Counted from the first letter of the stretch, positions 11,487 to 24,035 are shown. The stretch is 64,000 nt of DNA from Octopus bimaculoides (GCF_001194135.2 NC_068988.1:64292990-64356989), one strand, 5' to 3'. Numbers and translations are program-made. The notes: a model not told the origin generated them from the letters alone.

Positions 11487-12003
11487 TAGGTGCATGAGTG
11501 GCTGTATGGTGAGAAGCTTTCTTCCCAATCACATGGTTCAGAGTTCAGTCCCGCTGCGTGGTACCTTGGCCAAGTGTTTTCTACTATAGCCTCCGGCCGA
11601 CCAAATCTTTCTGAGTGGATTTGGTAGACGGAAACTGAAAGAAGCCCGTTGTATATATATATATATATATATATATATANNNNNNNNNNNNNNNNNNNNN
11701 NNNNNNNNNNNNNNNNNNNNNNNNNNNNNNNNNNNNNNNNNNNNNNNNNNNNNNNNNNNNNNNNNNNNNNNNNNNNNNNNNNNNNNTGTGTGTGTATTTG
11801 TGTGTCTGTGTTTGTACCCCCACCATCACTTGACAACCGATGTTGGTGTGTTCACGTCCCCGTAACTTAGGGGTTCGGTAAAAAGGGAACCGATAGAATA
11901 AGTACTAGGCTTACAAAGAATAAGTCCTGGGGTCGATTTGCTCGACTAAAGGTGATGTTCCAGCATGGCCGCAGTCAAATGACTGAAACAAGTAAAAAAA
12001 AAA
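11487..12003 (+). mobile_element. Full-length SINE family A (internal microsatellite spans a gap)
   Basis: ATAGGTGCATGAGTGGCTGTATGG head (A-box-like), GAGTTCAGTCCC (B-box-like), body, (TA)n-gap-(TG)n, 3' half and A-rich tail. Confidence 0.9.
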
Positions 12004-12659
12004 GAATATATATATATATATATATATAATCCGTTTGCTAAAAATCCCACATGGCACTAGTCGGACCGGATCTAAATTGAAGATGCATGCTAAATGCGAA
12101 CATGAAAGCATGTGATTGCAAAGTGAGTTTGGTAACCAACTGGCCGTGCCTGCCCCTCTTTATGAAAAAGAATAAAATAAAATAAAAGGATGTAACGGTC
12201 ATAGTTGGAATGCTGTCTTTGATCAAAGGTCTGCTGAACAGAGCTAACCTGGTAATAACAACTAGAGTTCTTGTTGTTGCTTTTGTCGTGTTAAAATAAT
12301 TAACAATTTAATTAATTTGCACACACAAAAAAATAGTGAAATATCAAATGTATTTTCTGCTTGATTTCTTCTAATTAGACATATCGGTGACCAAGTTCAG
12401 TTCACTGAGAACTAGCTTCTGAATTAGAAGTACCCGCCCTGTAATTTGCGGAATCCCCAGTTGGGGAATCGCAAAATTAGTAACTGGGGGCCGGTGAGCT
12501 GTATGCAAAATTTTAAGAGGCTGCAGCCTAGAACGTAATTAGTTACATGCATTCAGATGGACATAGACGTTACTGTCTCGAGTCCCAGGACTGTTAAGGC
12601 CGCTTACCCGGTTTTTCATGGGGTATGAGTAATTGAGATCACAACATTCTCCCTGAGCG

Positions 12660-12830
12660 GGTGGTGCAAGACTACTGCATGGTTAGATATTTAAGCTGAG
12701 TGAAATGGGGCAACGTAAAATGAAGTGTTTTCTTCAATAAGACATCGCACTTCCGTCTGGGAATTGAAACTACGATTTAGTGATCGTAAATACAACACCC
12801 TAACCAGTAGGTCACGCACCTTCACAAACA
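12660..12830 (-). mobile_element. 5' part of SINE family C
   Basis: Minus strand GTGAAGGTGCGTGACCTACTGGTTAGGGTG...GTTTCAATTCCCAG...AAAACACTTCATTTTACGTTGCCCC matches 19151-19290. Confidence 0.65.
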
Positions 12831-12922
12831 TTCAGGTGTTTAATCAATAATTATCTGTTCAAGTTGTTCTAGACTGCGGCCTTAATTCGTTATGTACTGC
12901 ATTATATAGTGTGTGTGTGAGT

Positions 12923-13286
12923 GGAGGCGCAATGGCCCAGTGGTCATAGGAAAGCGGTTTCGATTCCCAGACTGGGCGTTGTGAGTGTTTATTTAGCGAA
13001 AACACCCAAAGCTCCACGAGGCTCCGGCAGATGATGGTGGCGAACCCTGCTGTGCTCTTCCACCACAACTTTCTCTCACTCTTACTTCCTGTTTCTGTTG
13101 TGCCTGCAATTCAAAGGGTCAGCCTTGTCACACTGTGTCACGCTGAATATCCCCGAGAACTATGTTAAGGGTACACGTGTCTGTGGAGTGCTCAGCCACT
13201 TGCACGTTAATTTCACGAGCAGGCTGTTCCGTTGATCGGATCAACTGGAACCCTCGACGTCGTAAGCGACGGAGTGCCAACAACTG
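12923..13286 (+). mobile_element. Full-length tRNA-derived SINE family D with target-site duplication
   Basis: GGAGGCGCAATGGCCCAGTGG (A box) and GGTTTCGATTCC (B box), tail ...GGAGTGCCAACAAC. Flanked by TATAGTGTGTGTGTGAGT (12905-12922) and TATAGTGTGTATGTGAGA (13287-13304), 16/18 identical. Confidence 0.85.
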
Positions 13287-13544
13287 TATAGTGTGTATGT
13301 GAGAGTATGTGTCTGTGTTTACGTATACTTGGTATATTGCATTCTTCTGACCATTGTCATCATGGGGGTGACCTCCGTTGCCCTTTAGTGAACCTACGAT
13401 GAATAGTTATTCGGATTTCTTCCCTTACGGTTGGTCCACCCGTTCTATTTTAGTAAAGAGGAGAAAATCTATCTCTCGATCATTTACCTCGTAGCAATAA
13501 CAATTCTTCTTAGTTCTTTTGCACAGGCGAATAGTTTCCAGAAG

Positions 13545-13722
13545 AGAGGACAAGTCGATTAGATAAACCCCAATATTTGATTGATATTTTATTTTATCGA
13601 CCCTCCAAGGCTGTAAAACAAAAATCGATTTTAGTGGAATTAAATTCAAAACGTAGTTAAATCGGAAGAAATACCGCAAAGCACGTTTTACCGACACTCT
13701 AACAATTCTGCCAGCATACCGC
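13545..13722 (-). mobile_element. Degenerate SINE family B
   Basis: TTTTATCGACCCTCC.AGG...AAAATCGA...GGAATT.AATTC...CTAACAATTCTGCCAGC is the reverse complement of the family B consensus. Confidence 0.6.
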
Positions 13723-14496
13723 CTTAGCTTTGCAGCAATAATAATTAAAATGCCATTGAAGATTCGTGTTTACTTTATTGCTTATTTATTTTGTAGTTAA
13801 TAAAAATATTAAAGTTACAATCATTAATGTGTATTTTGGTTTATGAACATCCTCATTAAGTTTCAAATTTGGAAAATTGTATCTAATTCAAAACATTTAG
13901 TTATGAGTTCATCGCGTTGGAGTGACCCAAAGAGTGAAATATGTATGTCATGGGAACTTTGATTTCGTTTATCCAAATCTNNNNNNNNNNCACTTTTTTT
14001 TTTTTAATTAGCGACAAAATAAAGCGAAAATTAATTCGTGAGAGAAGCAGGTCTAAAGCTAACCTGAAGTGGAGAGAGAGCATATCATTGAAGAGGTGGC
14101 GAACGGAGAACGAAAGGACTTTGACAAATATAACTGACTGATTGAGAAATCTCTCAAGATTTAATCAAACAATTGATTTGTTTAATGAATTAAATAGCAA
14201 ACCAACTGGTCACCTGGAATGAAATTCCAAGAGGTCATGTATGTTGTATTCACATGGACACGCTGGCGCGATCTTATACTAGCGTGAGATGTGTTTACAT
14301 TTATGAATAAGAAACATTTAGAGAAAGAATGAGAAGCACTCAAAACGCTATTGATACATATGGGGCCGATCCATCCACCCATCCATAAATACATAAATAC
14401 ATCAATCCATACATACATACATACATACATAGTAAAACTTTCCAGAAGTTTATCATTTAAATATATATATGTGCATGCAACTATATGCATGATAAT

Positions 14497-14669
14497 ATAG
14501 GCGCAGGAGTGGCTGTATGGTAAGTAGCTTGCTTACCAACCACATGGTTCGGATTCAGTCCCACTGCGTGGCATCTTGGGCAAGTGCCTTCTACTATAGC
14601 CTCGAGCCGACCAAAGCCTTGTGAGTAGATTTGGTAGACGGAAACTGAAAGAAGCCCGTCGTATATATG

Positions 14670-14717
<48 letters not shown>

Positions 14718-14922
14718 TGTGTCTGTCCCCCTAGCATTGCTTGACAATCGGTGCTGGTGTATTTATGTCCCTGTCACTTAGCGGTTCGGCAAAAGAGACC
14801 GATTGAAAAAGTACTAAGCTTACAAAGAATAAGTCCCGGGGTCGATTTGCTCGACTAAAGTGGTGCTCCAGCATGGCCGCAGTCAAATGACTGAAACAAG
14901 TAAAAAAAAAAAGAGTAAAAGA
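14497..14922 (+). mobile_element. Full-length SINE family A (best-preserved copy)
   Basis: ATAGGCGCAGGAGTGGCTGTATGG...GGATTCAGTCCC...CTTGGGCAAGTG...GAAAGAAGCCCGTCG-(TA)n(TG)n-...GACTGAAACAAGTAAAAAAAAAAGAGTAAAAGAG. Confidence 0.9.
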
Positions 14923-14980
14923 GACATAAAGCAAAACATACGAATCTGCACATATACTTACATACATACAAAAATACCTT

Positions 14981-15070
14981 GTTGTTGATGTTGAAATTCC
15001 AATAAAGGAGCCTTAGATATAGGTTAGAAACCAGCTCTTTCTCTTTTGGCAAGAAATCTTGAAATAAAAC
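14981..15070 (+). repeat. ~90-bp CATA-flanked dispersed repeat (inverted partner at 16455-16541)
   Basis: GTTGATGTTGAAATTCCAATAAAGGAGCCTT.GAT.TAGGTTAGAAACC.G.TCTTTC...TTGGCAAGAAATCTTGAAATAAA. Confidence 0.8.
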
Positions 15071-15624
15071 TAAACAATCACATACATACATACATTTTCA
15101 TACCGGCACGATCAGGTGGAAAGACAAGTGTTAATTGACTAAATACTCCGCTTGTATATTACTAAAATATATTCAATCAAGTTAAATATCTGTATTTTGA
15201 GTAGACACAAAGTTCTACATCATTTATAGGGCCAGTCTAGTTCAACAGCAGCTGAAGAGATAACATATTCACCGAACCCTCTCAGTGTCCCCTAAATTAA
15301 CTTGTGGTAAATATTTCATATCTTCTTCGTGCGTATATTTGATGTCCCTTCTACCCGTTTGTTTAAGCCGTAGCTCCGACTATCTGTTCAATCGACATGT
15401 ACTCTCACCGGGTGAATATTTCGTTTCGATGAACTAAAACTGCACTACTTAGGTTTGTTCGTGTCTCTCTAGTATATAAGTGTATATATATGTGTGTGTT
15501 TATGTTAGTGTGTGCCTGACCGTCTGCGTATATTAAATCCGTTTTCCTCGTCTGATTTTGCTAATGGGCAGAAAAAAGTAAATCTGCTGGAGAGAAATTA
15601 CACACACATACACAAACACAAACA

Positions 15625-15666
<42 letters not shown>

Positions 15667-15891
15667 TACATAGACTCATATATACATAAACACGCACACT
15701 TAAAGGAACTCCCATGCAATAACATGCACATACATAAACACACAAATTCGTGCACATTGAGGTATTCTCACACAAATACATATATAGACATATACATGCT
15801 TAAACACACACACACACACACACATCCATAAACATACATATACACTACATAAAGATATTTATAGACACATACACACACACTACTATGATGT

Positions 15892-15954
<63 letters not shown>

Positions 15955-16165
15955 CAGACAGAAACAAAACATACAATAAAATATACACCTACTCTTTAAC
16001 TGCCAAAATAAGCAACAGAAATATTGACCTAGATGGTGTACTTTTCAATCCACAATTGACCTCTACCCCTGACATGTATCCGGGTACGGGGGTGGACCTA
16101 TATTTTCGATTACCCAGGTACAAAGTAGGACTACTTCTACTTCTGCAGGTACGGGTGTCAGAATG

Positions 16166-16226
<61 letters not shown>

Positions 16227-16277
16227 ACACATACATACATACATAGCTGTATACATGTATATATATATATATAAATA

Positions 16278-16338
<61 letters not shown>

Positions 16339-16454
16339 ATACACACACACATACATACATACATTCGTTGAAACTTAGAGATCACCGGATTACTCAGGTA
16401 TGTATGTATGTATGGATGTATGTATGTATGTATGTATGTATGTCATCGTTCAAT

Positions 16455-16541
16455 TTATTTCAAGATTTCTTGCCAATAAAGAAAGAACCGGTTTCTAACC
16501 TAGATCCAAGGCTCCTTCATTGGAATTTCAACATCAACACC
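16455..16541 (-). repeat. Inverted copy of the 14981-15070 repeat
   Basis: TTTATTTCAAGATTTCTTGCCAA...GGTTTCTAACCTAGATCCAAGGCTCCTTCATTGGAATTTCAACATCAAC. Confidence 0.8.
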
Positions 16542-16824
16542 ACAGTAGTATGTATGTTCATGTGTGTATGTGTACTAGTATGGATAAACCAACATCTGTG
16601 GATTTAAATACGTATAAACATAGGTATGTCCATGTATAGATATGTTTACAAGTCTGTGTGTGTGTGTATATAAAATTATTACAGGTTCAACTTCAGGAAT
16701 GTCTTACATATTTTGACACCGCTATTAATGCCTTCTAGCTGTAATTTCCTCTGTGTGTGTGTGTATTTACATATATATATGTATAAGTATATGAATGTAT
16801 GTTAGAATGTAGTTATACATCTGA

Positions 16825-16870
<46 letters not shown>

Positions 16871-17070
16871 GCGCACACACGCACATATATATAAATGTAA
16901 TATATGTATAAGTATGTATATGTGCATGTATGTATATTTGTATGCTTATATATATATGTGTGTGTTTGTGTGAGTGTATGCGTGTATATGTATAGGTGTG
17001 TGTATATGTGCATGGGTTTATGAGCATACATATGTTTATATGTTTGCATATATATATATGTGTGTATGTA

Positions 17071-17157
<87 letters not shown>

Positions 17158-17700
17158 GTCTGTATATGTTGTGCATACATAAAATGTGAGTGACTGCGTA
17201 TGTGTGATTATGTACGTATGTATTTATGCACGTGTATGTTTATGTATGAATATGTATGTGGCTATAATTTTGTGCATGTATATGTGAACATATGACCATC
17301 CGAATGTGTGTGTGTGTGTGTGTATGTGTGTGTGTGTGTGTGTGTATGTGTGTGTGTGTGTGTGTGGTTTATATATATTGTATAATTCATTTGGCGCTAG
17401 TTCTGACTACATACCTCGTTAACAAGGCATTGTAATGGATACGTGCAAAGGTAATAATGTACATACAAGCATATGTATGTGTGTGTGTGTGTGTGCGTGC
17501 GTGGGTGTGTGTGTGTACATGTATGTCGATTACCACTTATACATCTCCCACCGCCACCACCAAGTATGTGAACTGGCTTGCTAAAAGACAGAGGGCTGGA
17601 GATAGAGAAATCAACACACTCCCACACTCTCCCAAACACATACACATATACATACAAATACGTTATTATACGTCCTCTTGTATGTAGATTGGCTATTTAA

Positions 17701-17744
<44 letters not shown>

Positions 17745-17803
17745 AAGAAGAGGGAAACACGTACAGACACTTAGACGCCTTCATGCATGTAGAATGCATT
17801 GAG

Positions 17804-17863
<60 letters not shown>

Positions 17864-17942
17864 GATACACAAACAGATGGACAGGAACAAGTGGTCTAAG
17901 AATAGAGACACATACACACACGCTATTCATACACACACATAC

Positions 17943-18025
<83 letters not shown>

Positions 18026-18506
18026 TGTCTCTGAATACGTTCTGGTCTTGTTCAGTAATACTTAAATATTCTGACTGAACGATTAAGTAACCACCATTTC
18101 ATGTTGAGTCTAAAAAGTAGGTCGACACCCCTACAGAGAGACTAACATAAAAAGCAAACAGTCCGTCCGCCACTATAACTATCCTGCTATGATTGTCAAT
18201 TTTATGCAACCATTTCAACAATATGGCTGCGAGAAAATACCTCACGAGAACGCTCTGCATACTAAATACTACGAATAAATCAGGTCTCTTATATGTAAGA
18301 CAGGGAGTTGGGGGAAAACGTTTTCACTCAACTGAGAATTATTCAAATATTTAGTGGACATGAAACTCAATATACGGAGTGTACCTCGGGTGATTAACTA
18401 CAAAAAGGGAGACAATCGCTTTTGGATTAAGTTGAGACAGATTTGAAAGGTTGGAATTTACATCAAGTCGTACGTTATAAATTTCGTAAATTACTAATCA
18501 TTGGTA

Positions 18507-18553
18507 GCCACGTATAGCGCTATTTCATCCTTTTTTAGAATCGTCAGTACAGC
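18507..18553 (-). ncRNA. Degenerate hammerhead-like motif
   Basis: Minus strand GCTGTA CTGACGA TTCT AAAAAA GGAT GAAA TAGCGCTA T A CGTGGC, with a 10-nt palindrome ATAGCGCTAT. Helix II is one nt short and helix I is mostly wobble pairs. Confidence 0.4.
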
Positions 18554-19150
18554 ATAATTCTAGATAAATAAATTAAACTAAACTCAATTTTTTACGAAGT
18601 TAGATATTTCTTATCGAGAAAAAAATAGTTTATTTTTTTAAAGGCATTCTTTATCTTTTTTATTCTTTTTGTTTTTGTTGCTTTTTTTTTTCATCCTCAG
18701 GTCATTAATAGTTCTTAAGAACTAATAGTTCTTAAAATATTTCTTACTTATAGGTTAATATTTCCCATATAGATGTGATTGAAATCTGAAACAAATGAGA
18801 CCCTTGCTATTATTAATCTGGGTAACAATGAAGATGACTGTTCTACTGCTTGAATGCTATTACCTAATCCTTGTCCTAAATTAGACATGGCTTCAGTAAA
18901 CAAAGCCCCTGCCTCCTGCCACTATGTCGTCTAATATCTAAGCTGACCATTCTATTGTTATTTCGCTACGAGGCATCGAAGATAAAATACCAACGACTTC
19001 CTATCAGTGAATCAAACGAAAGCGACGATAAAAAAATGTACAAAGTACCTTCCATAAATTTTGGGAATTCTTTTTTTTTTAGGAGAGGCAGTTATAACTG
19101 TTCTAGATTATTGTAATTTTAGTATATTATTAGTATATATATCTAATGGT

Positions 19151-19455
19151 GGAGGCGCGTGGCCTAGGGATTAGGATGTCAGCACCATGATCGTAAGATT
19201 GTGGTTTCGATTCCTGGACCGGGCGACGCGTTGTTCTTGAGCAAAACACTTCATTTCACGTTGCTCCAGTCCACTCAGCTGGCAAAAATGAGTAACGCTC
19301 CGATGGACTGGCGTCCAGCTGGGTGACACATACGCCATTGAAACCGGGAAACGGGCCCATGAGCCTAGCTAGGCTTTAAAATGGCGCAAGTGGAGGCGCG
19401 TGTTTTAGTGGTTAGGGTGACAGCATCATGATCGTAAGATTGTGGTTTCGGTTCC
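19151..19455 (+). mobile_element. Full SINE family C (19151-19389) followed by a second truncated head (19392-19455)
   Basis: GGAGGCGCGTGGCCTAG...GGTTTCGATTCC tRNA-like head; body TTCTTGAGCAAAACACTTCATTTCACGTTGCTCCAGTCCACTCAGCTG. The head is repeated at 19392. Confidence 0.8.
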
Positions 19456-19464
19456 ATCATCTCC

Positions 19465-19720
19465 TGGGTTCAAACGGTCAACAAAGAGTACCTTTGGGAG
19501 GTTTTCATCGAGTTCTGGGGGAGATTTCGTTGCAACAGGCCAGAACACCTGCACCAGGACAGTGCACTAGTTCACAGTTCCATCCTGGTAACAAACAGCG
19601 GTTGGCATCATCAAAACTGTCCCTCATCCTCCCCACACTTCAGATCTTGCTCCATGAGACTATTTGTTGTTCCCCAAGATGAAGAGGATGAAGGAGGCTG
19701 TGACAAGGGTCTTGGACATC
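19465..19720 (+). mobile_element. Mariner transposase catalytic-domain remnant
   Basis: Translation with one frameshift: QTVNKEYLWEVF...HLHQDSALVHSSILVTN / GIIKTVPHPPHTSDLAP*DYLLFPKMKR. This matches the mariner 'HQDNAP.H' and 'HPPYSPDLAP.D..LFP.LK' motifs. Confidence 0.85.
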
Positions 19721-20065
19721 ATTTGATTGTGGCCATGCTGGAACACCGCCTTTAGTCGAGCAAATCGACCCCAGGACCTATTCTTTGTAAGCCTAGTACT
19801 TATTCTATCGGTCTCTTTTGCCGAACCGCTACGTTACGGGGACGTAAACACACCACCATCGGTTGTCAAGCGATACTGGGGGAACAAACACAGACACACA
19901 AACATATACACATACATACGTATATATATATATATATATATATATACGACGGGCTTCTTTCAGTTTCCTTCTACCAAATCCACTCACAAGGCTATAGTAG
20001 AGGACACTTGCCCAAGGTGCCATGCAGTGAGGACTGAACCCGGAACCATGTAGTTCGTAAGCAAG
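19721..20065 (-). mobile_element. SINE family A lacking the extreme 5' head
   Basis: GGCCATGCTGGAACACCGCCTTTAGTCGAGCAAATCGACCCCAGG...(TA)n CGACGGGCTTCTTTCAG...GACTGAACCCGGAACCATG. Confidence 0.9.
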
Positions 20066-21127
20066 TTAATACAAAATGGGACAAGAACGCAAAACATCCA
20101 GACAGTTAGGTGATACAAGAAAGGGACAACAAAACATATATATATATATATATATATATANNNNNNNNNNNNNNNNNNNNNNNNNNNNNNNNNNNNNNNN
20201 NNNNNNNNNNNNNNNNNNNNNNNNNNNNNNNNNNNNNNNNNNNNNNNNNNNNNNNNNNNNNNNNNNNNNNNNNNNNNNNNNNNNNNNNNNNNNNNNNNNN
20301 NNNNNNNNNNNNNNNNNNNNNNNNNNNNNNNNNNNNNNNNNNNNNNNNNNNNNNNNNNNNNNNNNNNNNNNNNNNNNNNNNNNNNNNNNNNNNNNNNNNN
20401 NNNNNNNNNNNNNNNNNNNNNNNNNNNNNNNNNNNNNNNNNNNNNNNNNNNNNNNNNNNNNNNNNNNNNNNNNNNNNNNNNNNNNNNNNNNNNNNNNNNN
20501 NNNNNNNNNNNNNNNNNNNNNNNNNNNNNNNNNNNNNNNNNNNNNNNNNNNNNNNNNNNNNNNNNNNNNNNNNNNNNNNNNNNNNNNNNNNNNNNNNNNN
20601 NNNNNNNNNNNNNNNNNNNNNNNNNNNNNNNNNNNNNNNNNNNNNNNNNNNNNNNNNNNNNNNNNNNNNNNNNNNNNNNNNNNNNNNNNNNNNNNNNNNN
20701 NNNNNNNNNNNNNNNNNNNNNNNNNNNNNNNNNNNNNNNNNNNNNNNNNNNNNNNNNNNNNNNNNNNNNNNNNNNNNNNNNNNNNNNNNNNNNNNNNNNN
20801 NNNNNNNNNNNNNNNNNNNNNNNNNNNNNNNNNNNNNNNNNNNNNNNNNNNNNNNNNNNNNNNNNNNNNNNNNNNNNNNNNNNNNNNNNNNNNNNNNNNN
20901 NNNNNNNNNNNNNNNNNNNNNNNNNNNNNNNNNNNNNNNNNNNNNNNNNNNNNNNNNNNNNNNNNNNNNNNNNNNNNNNNNNNNNNNNNNNNNNNNNNNN
21001 NNNNNNNNNNNNNNNNNNNNNNNNNNNNNNNNNNNNNNNNNNNNNNNNNNNNNNNNNNNNNNNNNNNNNNNNNNNNNNNNNNNNNNNNNNNNNNNNNNNN
21101 NNNNNNNNNNNNNNNNNNNNNNNNNNN

Positions 21128-21174
<47 letters not shown>

Positions 21175-21200
21175 TGTATATATACATACATGTATATATA

Positions 21201-21530
21201 CAGGGAGCGTAAGATATTTGAGGACAGATTTATGTTTATAAAAAAACTGATATATAATAACAGTTAATAACTTTATTTTTTAAAAAATGATATGAGGATA
21301 AAAATAAACCTTCTTTTCGTAATGCCATTTTCCAGTGTGAGATCTAAATCATCTGCATGCTCGAATCAAGTGGTCCTGGTTCATTTTTGGACATTACTCT
21401 TACTATGATAGCTTTCAAAGAATCTTTGGTGTCATATGCCTATTCATTGACCTCTCCCTCTCAACAACACTCCACATGTAATAGTCCAATGAGATCTGGG
21501 GAATTTAGGAGGCCAAATATTAGGGGTTAT
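21201..21530 (-). mobile_element. Tc1/mariner (maT/Tc1-like) transposase C-terminus plus right terminal inverted repeat
   Basis: Minus strand with frameshifts: ITPNIWPP(K)SPDL--LDYYMWSVVER EVNE*AYDTKDSLKAIIVRVMSK MNQDHLIRACR*FRS. The element ends at TA|CAGGGAGCGTAAG (21199-21213), a TA dinucleotide plus a CAGGG-type TIR start. Confidence 0.8.
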
Positions 21531-22779
21531 TTGCATATTTTCCAGTGGAGAGGTGAAAACACTTCGGAATTATTTATTTAGTGCTTCACTTTTCTTCCTC
21601 GTGTCTGCAGTTAGTGAGTCGTTTTTACCAAATAGTGGCCAACGTATAGAAGGCATTAGGATTTCTTTTTATATTTTCGACTGCCCAGGTTTCTCTTTCT
21701 TCTCTTTCTTTTTCATGGGAGATTTCCAGTTTATTTTCAACCTCTCTCAGATGGAATTTCACACTACCATTGAGGTTTTTGTGTAAACGATTCGAGATCT
21801 TTATTCTCCGCCGCATGTATAATCTCCTGTCTCGGGGAATGATGCTTTTGTGTGTATTGACTCCCTTCTCTGGGACATATTTAATGCATATGGCTCCCAA
21901 AATTGACATGAATTTATTAAGTTTCATATCTGTCTTGCATAGAGAGGCTTCTGAGCCGGTACTGCTGGAGTATGTTTTTCAAGTGACCTCCAGTCAGACT
22001 TATGGAAATTTAGGCTGGATAGGGTTTGAGCGCTATCTGTGCGGAGTTTATCTTTAGTTAATTCCGGGCCATACAGTGTCAGCTCTATCATGTTATGGTC
22101 TGAGAATATTGTCAGTGATACATTTACGTTGTGGATAATTTCCACATTGTTTGTGAAACAGAGGTCCAGGATATTTTTGTGCCTGGGTGGAGAGAGTATG
22201 ATCTGCTCCATGAATAGCATTTTCGTATGATCAGGTAGAGATTCTGCTTGATTTCGCCCTTTGTGCATCATTCCTGGGGTTATGTTGCCCTCAGGCCACC
22301 TCATGTTGGGGACGTTGAAGTCACCCATCAGGAATATAGTAAGTACGTTGATCCAATTGCATTAGTACTTCCTTTATCGCGCTGAGGCTTTCCTCAAATT
22401 TTCCATCATGATTTGAGGCATCAGGTGGGCGATATCGTGCGCATATCACGATATCAAGTTGCTTTAGATGTACTATGAGTGTGTCACACAGTGAGTTCGA
22501 GTTTGATAACAGGGTCAATGGTGTGTCATCTTCGCAGCTGTACATTGCAACTCCACCATGACTTCTTTTCCTTCTGTCTGTACGGAAGATAGCATACATT
22601 GATATGTGTATCTTCGCATCGTTTATGTCTGCAGATAGATGTGTTTCTGCAAACGCAATGCATATAGCGTGATTAGACGCAGAAAGATTCTTCAGGTACT
22701 CAATTTTGCATTTGGTGTGGTTCTGTAGCAGGCCTCTTAGATTTATTAGTAGAAATAGCGTTGGTTTTGGTGTATACAT
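21531..22779 (-). mobile_element. CR1/L2-type LINE ORF2 N-terminal part (APE endonuclease plus linker), frameshifted, RT missing
   Basis: ORFs 22321-22779, 21924-22328 and 21625-21927 carry ordered APE motifs LINLRGL, AETHL, DR...GGVA, YRPP, MGDFN, LDLCF, SDHNMI. These are followed by NPNAFY and GPL...SEALNK*FRSVFTSP. Confidence 0.9.
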
Positions 22780-24035
22780 ACATATATATATGTTGGCGTG
22801 TATGTATATATATATGTTGGAGTATATATATATATATATATATNNNNNNNNNNNNNNNNNNNNNNNNNNNNNNNNNNNNNNNNNNNNNNNNNNNNNNNNN
22901 NNNNNNNNNNNNNNNNNNNNNNNNNNNNNNNNNNNNNNNNNNNNNNNNNNNNNNNNNNNNNNNNNNNNNNNNNNNNNNNNNNNNNNNNNNNNNNNNNNNN
23001 NNNNNNNNNNNNNNNNNNNNNNNNNNNNNNNNNNNNNNNNNNNNNNNNNNNNNNNNNNNNNNNNNNNNNNNNNNNNNNNNNNNNNNNNNNNNNNNNNNNN
23101 NNNNNNNNNNNNNNNNNNNNNNNNNNNNNNNNNNNNNNNNNNNNNNNNNNNNNNNNNNNNNNNNNNNNNNNNNNNNNNNNNNNNNNNNNNNNNNNNNNNN
23201 NNNNNNNNNNNNNNNNNNNNNNNNNNNNNNNNNNNNNNNNNNNNNNNNNNNNNNNNATATATTCATTCATTCATGCACGTAAGTTAGTCGGTATTTATAA
23301 ATGTGTATGTAAAGAAAAAAACGAAAGAGGAAATGCATGAATGCAGGAGAGTATAAGAAGATAAAAAAAAGGAGATTGAATAACCAGAGAGTGAAAGAGA
23401 AACTGAATATAGCAATGAAATACATTGTATGATAATTAAAGGACTAAAGGAATGAACGGAATAGAAATATAAAAGAATGAAGGAAATGATATCAAAGGAG
23501 ATATGATGAGATGCTGACATAAAGAAGATATAGAAATACATCAGTATTATTTCGTTGGTATTTTCTTCAGGTTAATAAAGCTAATATGACGGACATGTTG
23601 CAACACTACCTTCTTTTATATGTACACACACTCGGACACACGCACACACGTATGTGTATGTATATATATATTGATGTATTTATACATATGTATATATGTA
23701 TGTATATATATATGAGTGTATATATGCATGTATGTATTTATATATATGTATGAATTTATATATACGTATATGTGCATGTATTTATATATATATATATATG
23801 TATTTATGTATGTATATATATAGATACATACATTCTATATATAGATATGATTATAGGTACATAGACACACACACACATATATATATACACATTCATACAT
23901 GTAGATGCATACATATATATATATATAGAGAGAGAGAGAGAGGGATACATACATATATATAAATATATATTCAAATATATTCATATATATATAGAAAGAT
24001 AGATAGATACATACATACATACATACATACGTTTT

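Noticed and set aside
12923-13000. tRNA genes at SINE heads (also 14497, 19151)
   Set aside because: A/B boxes are present but there is no cloverleaf or acceptor stem, and each continues into a repeated SINE body.
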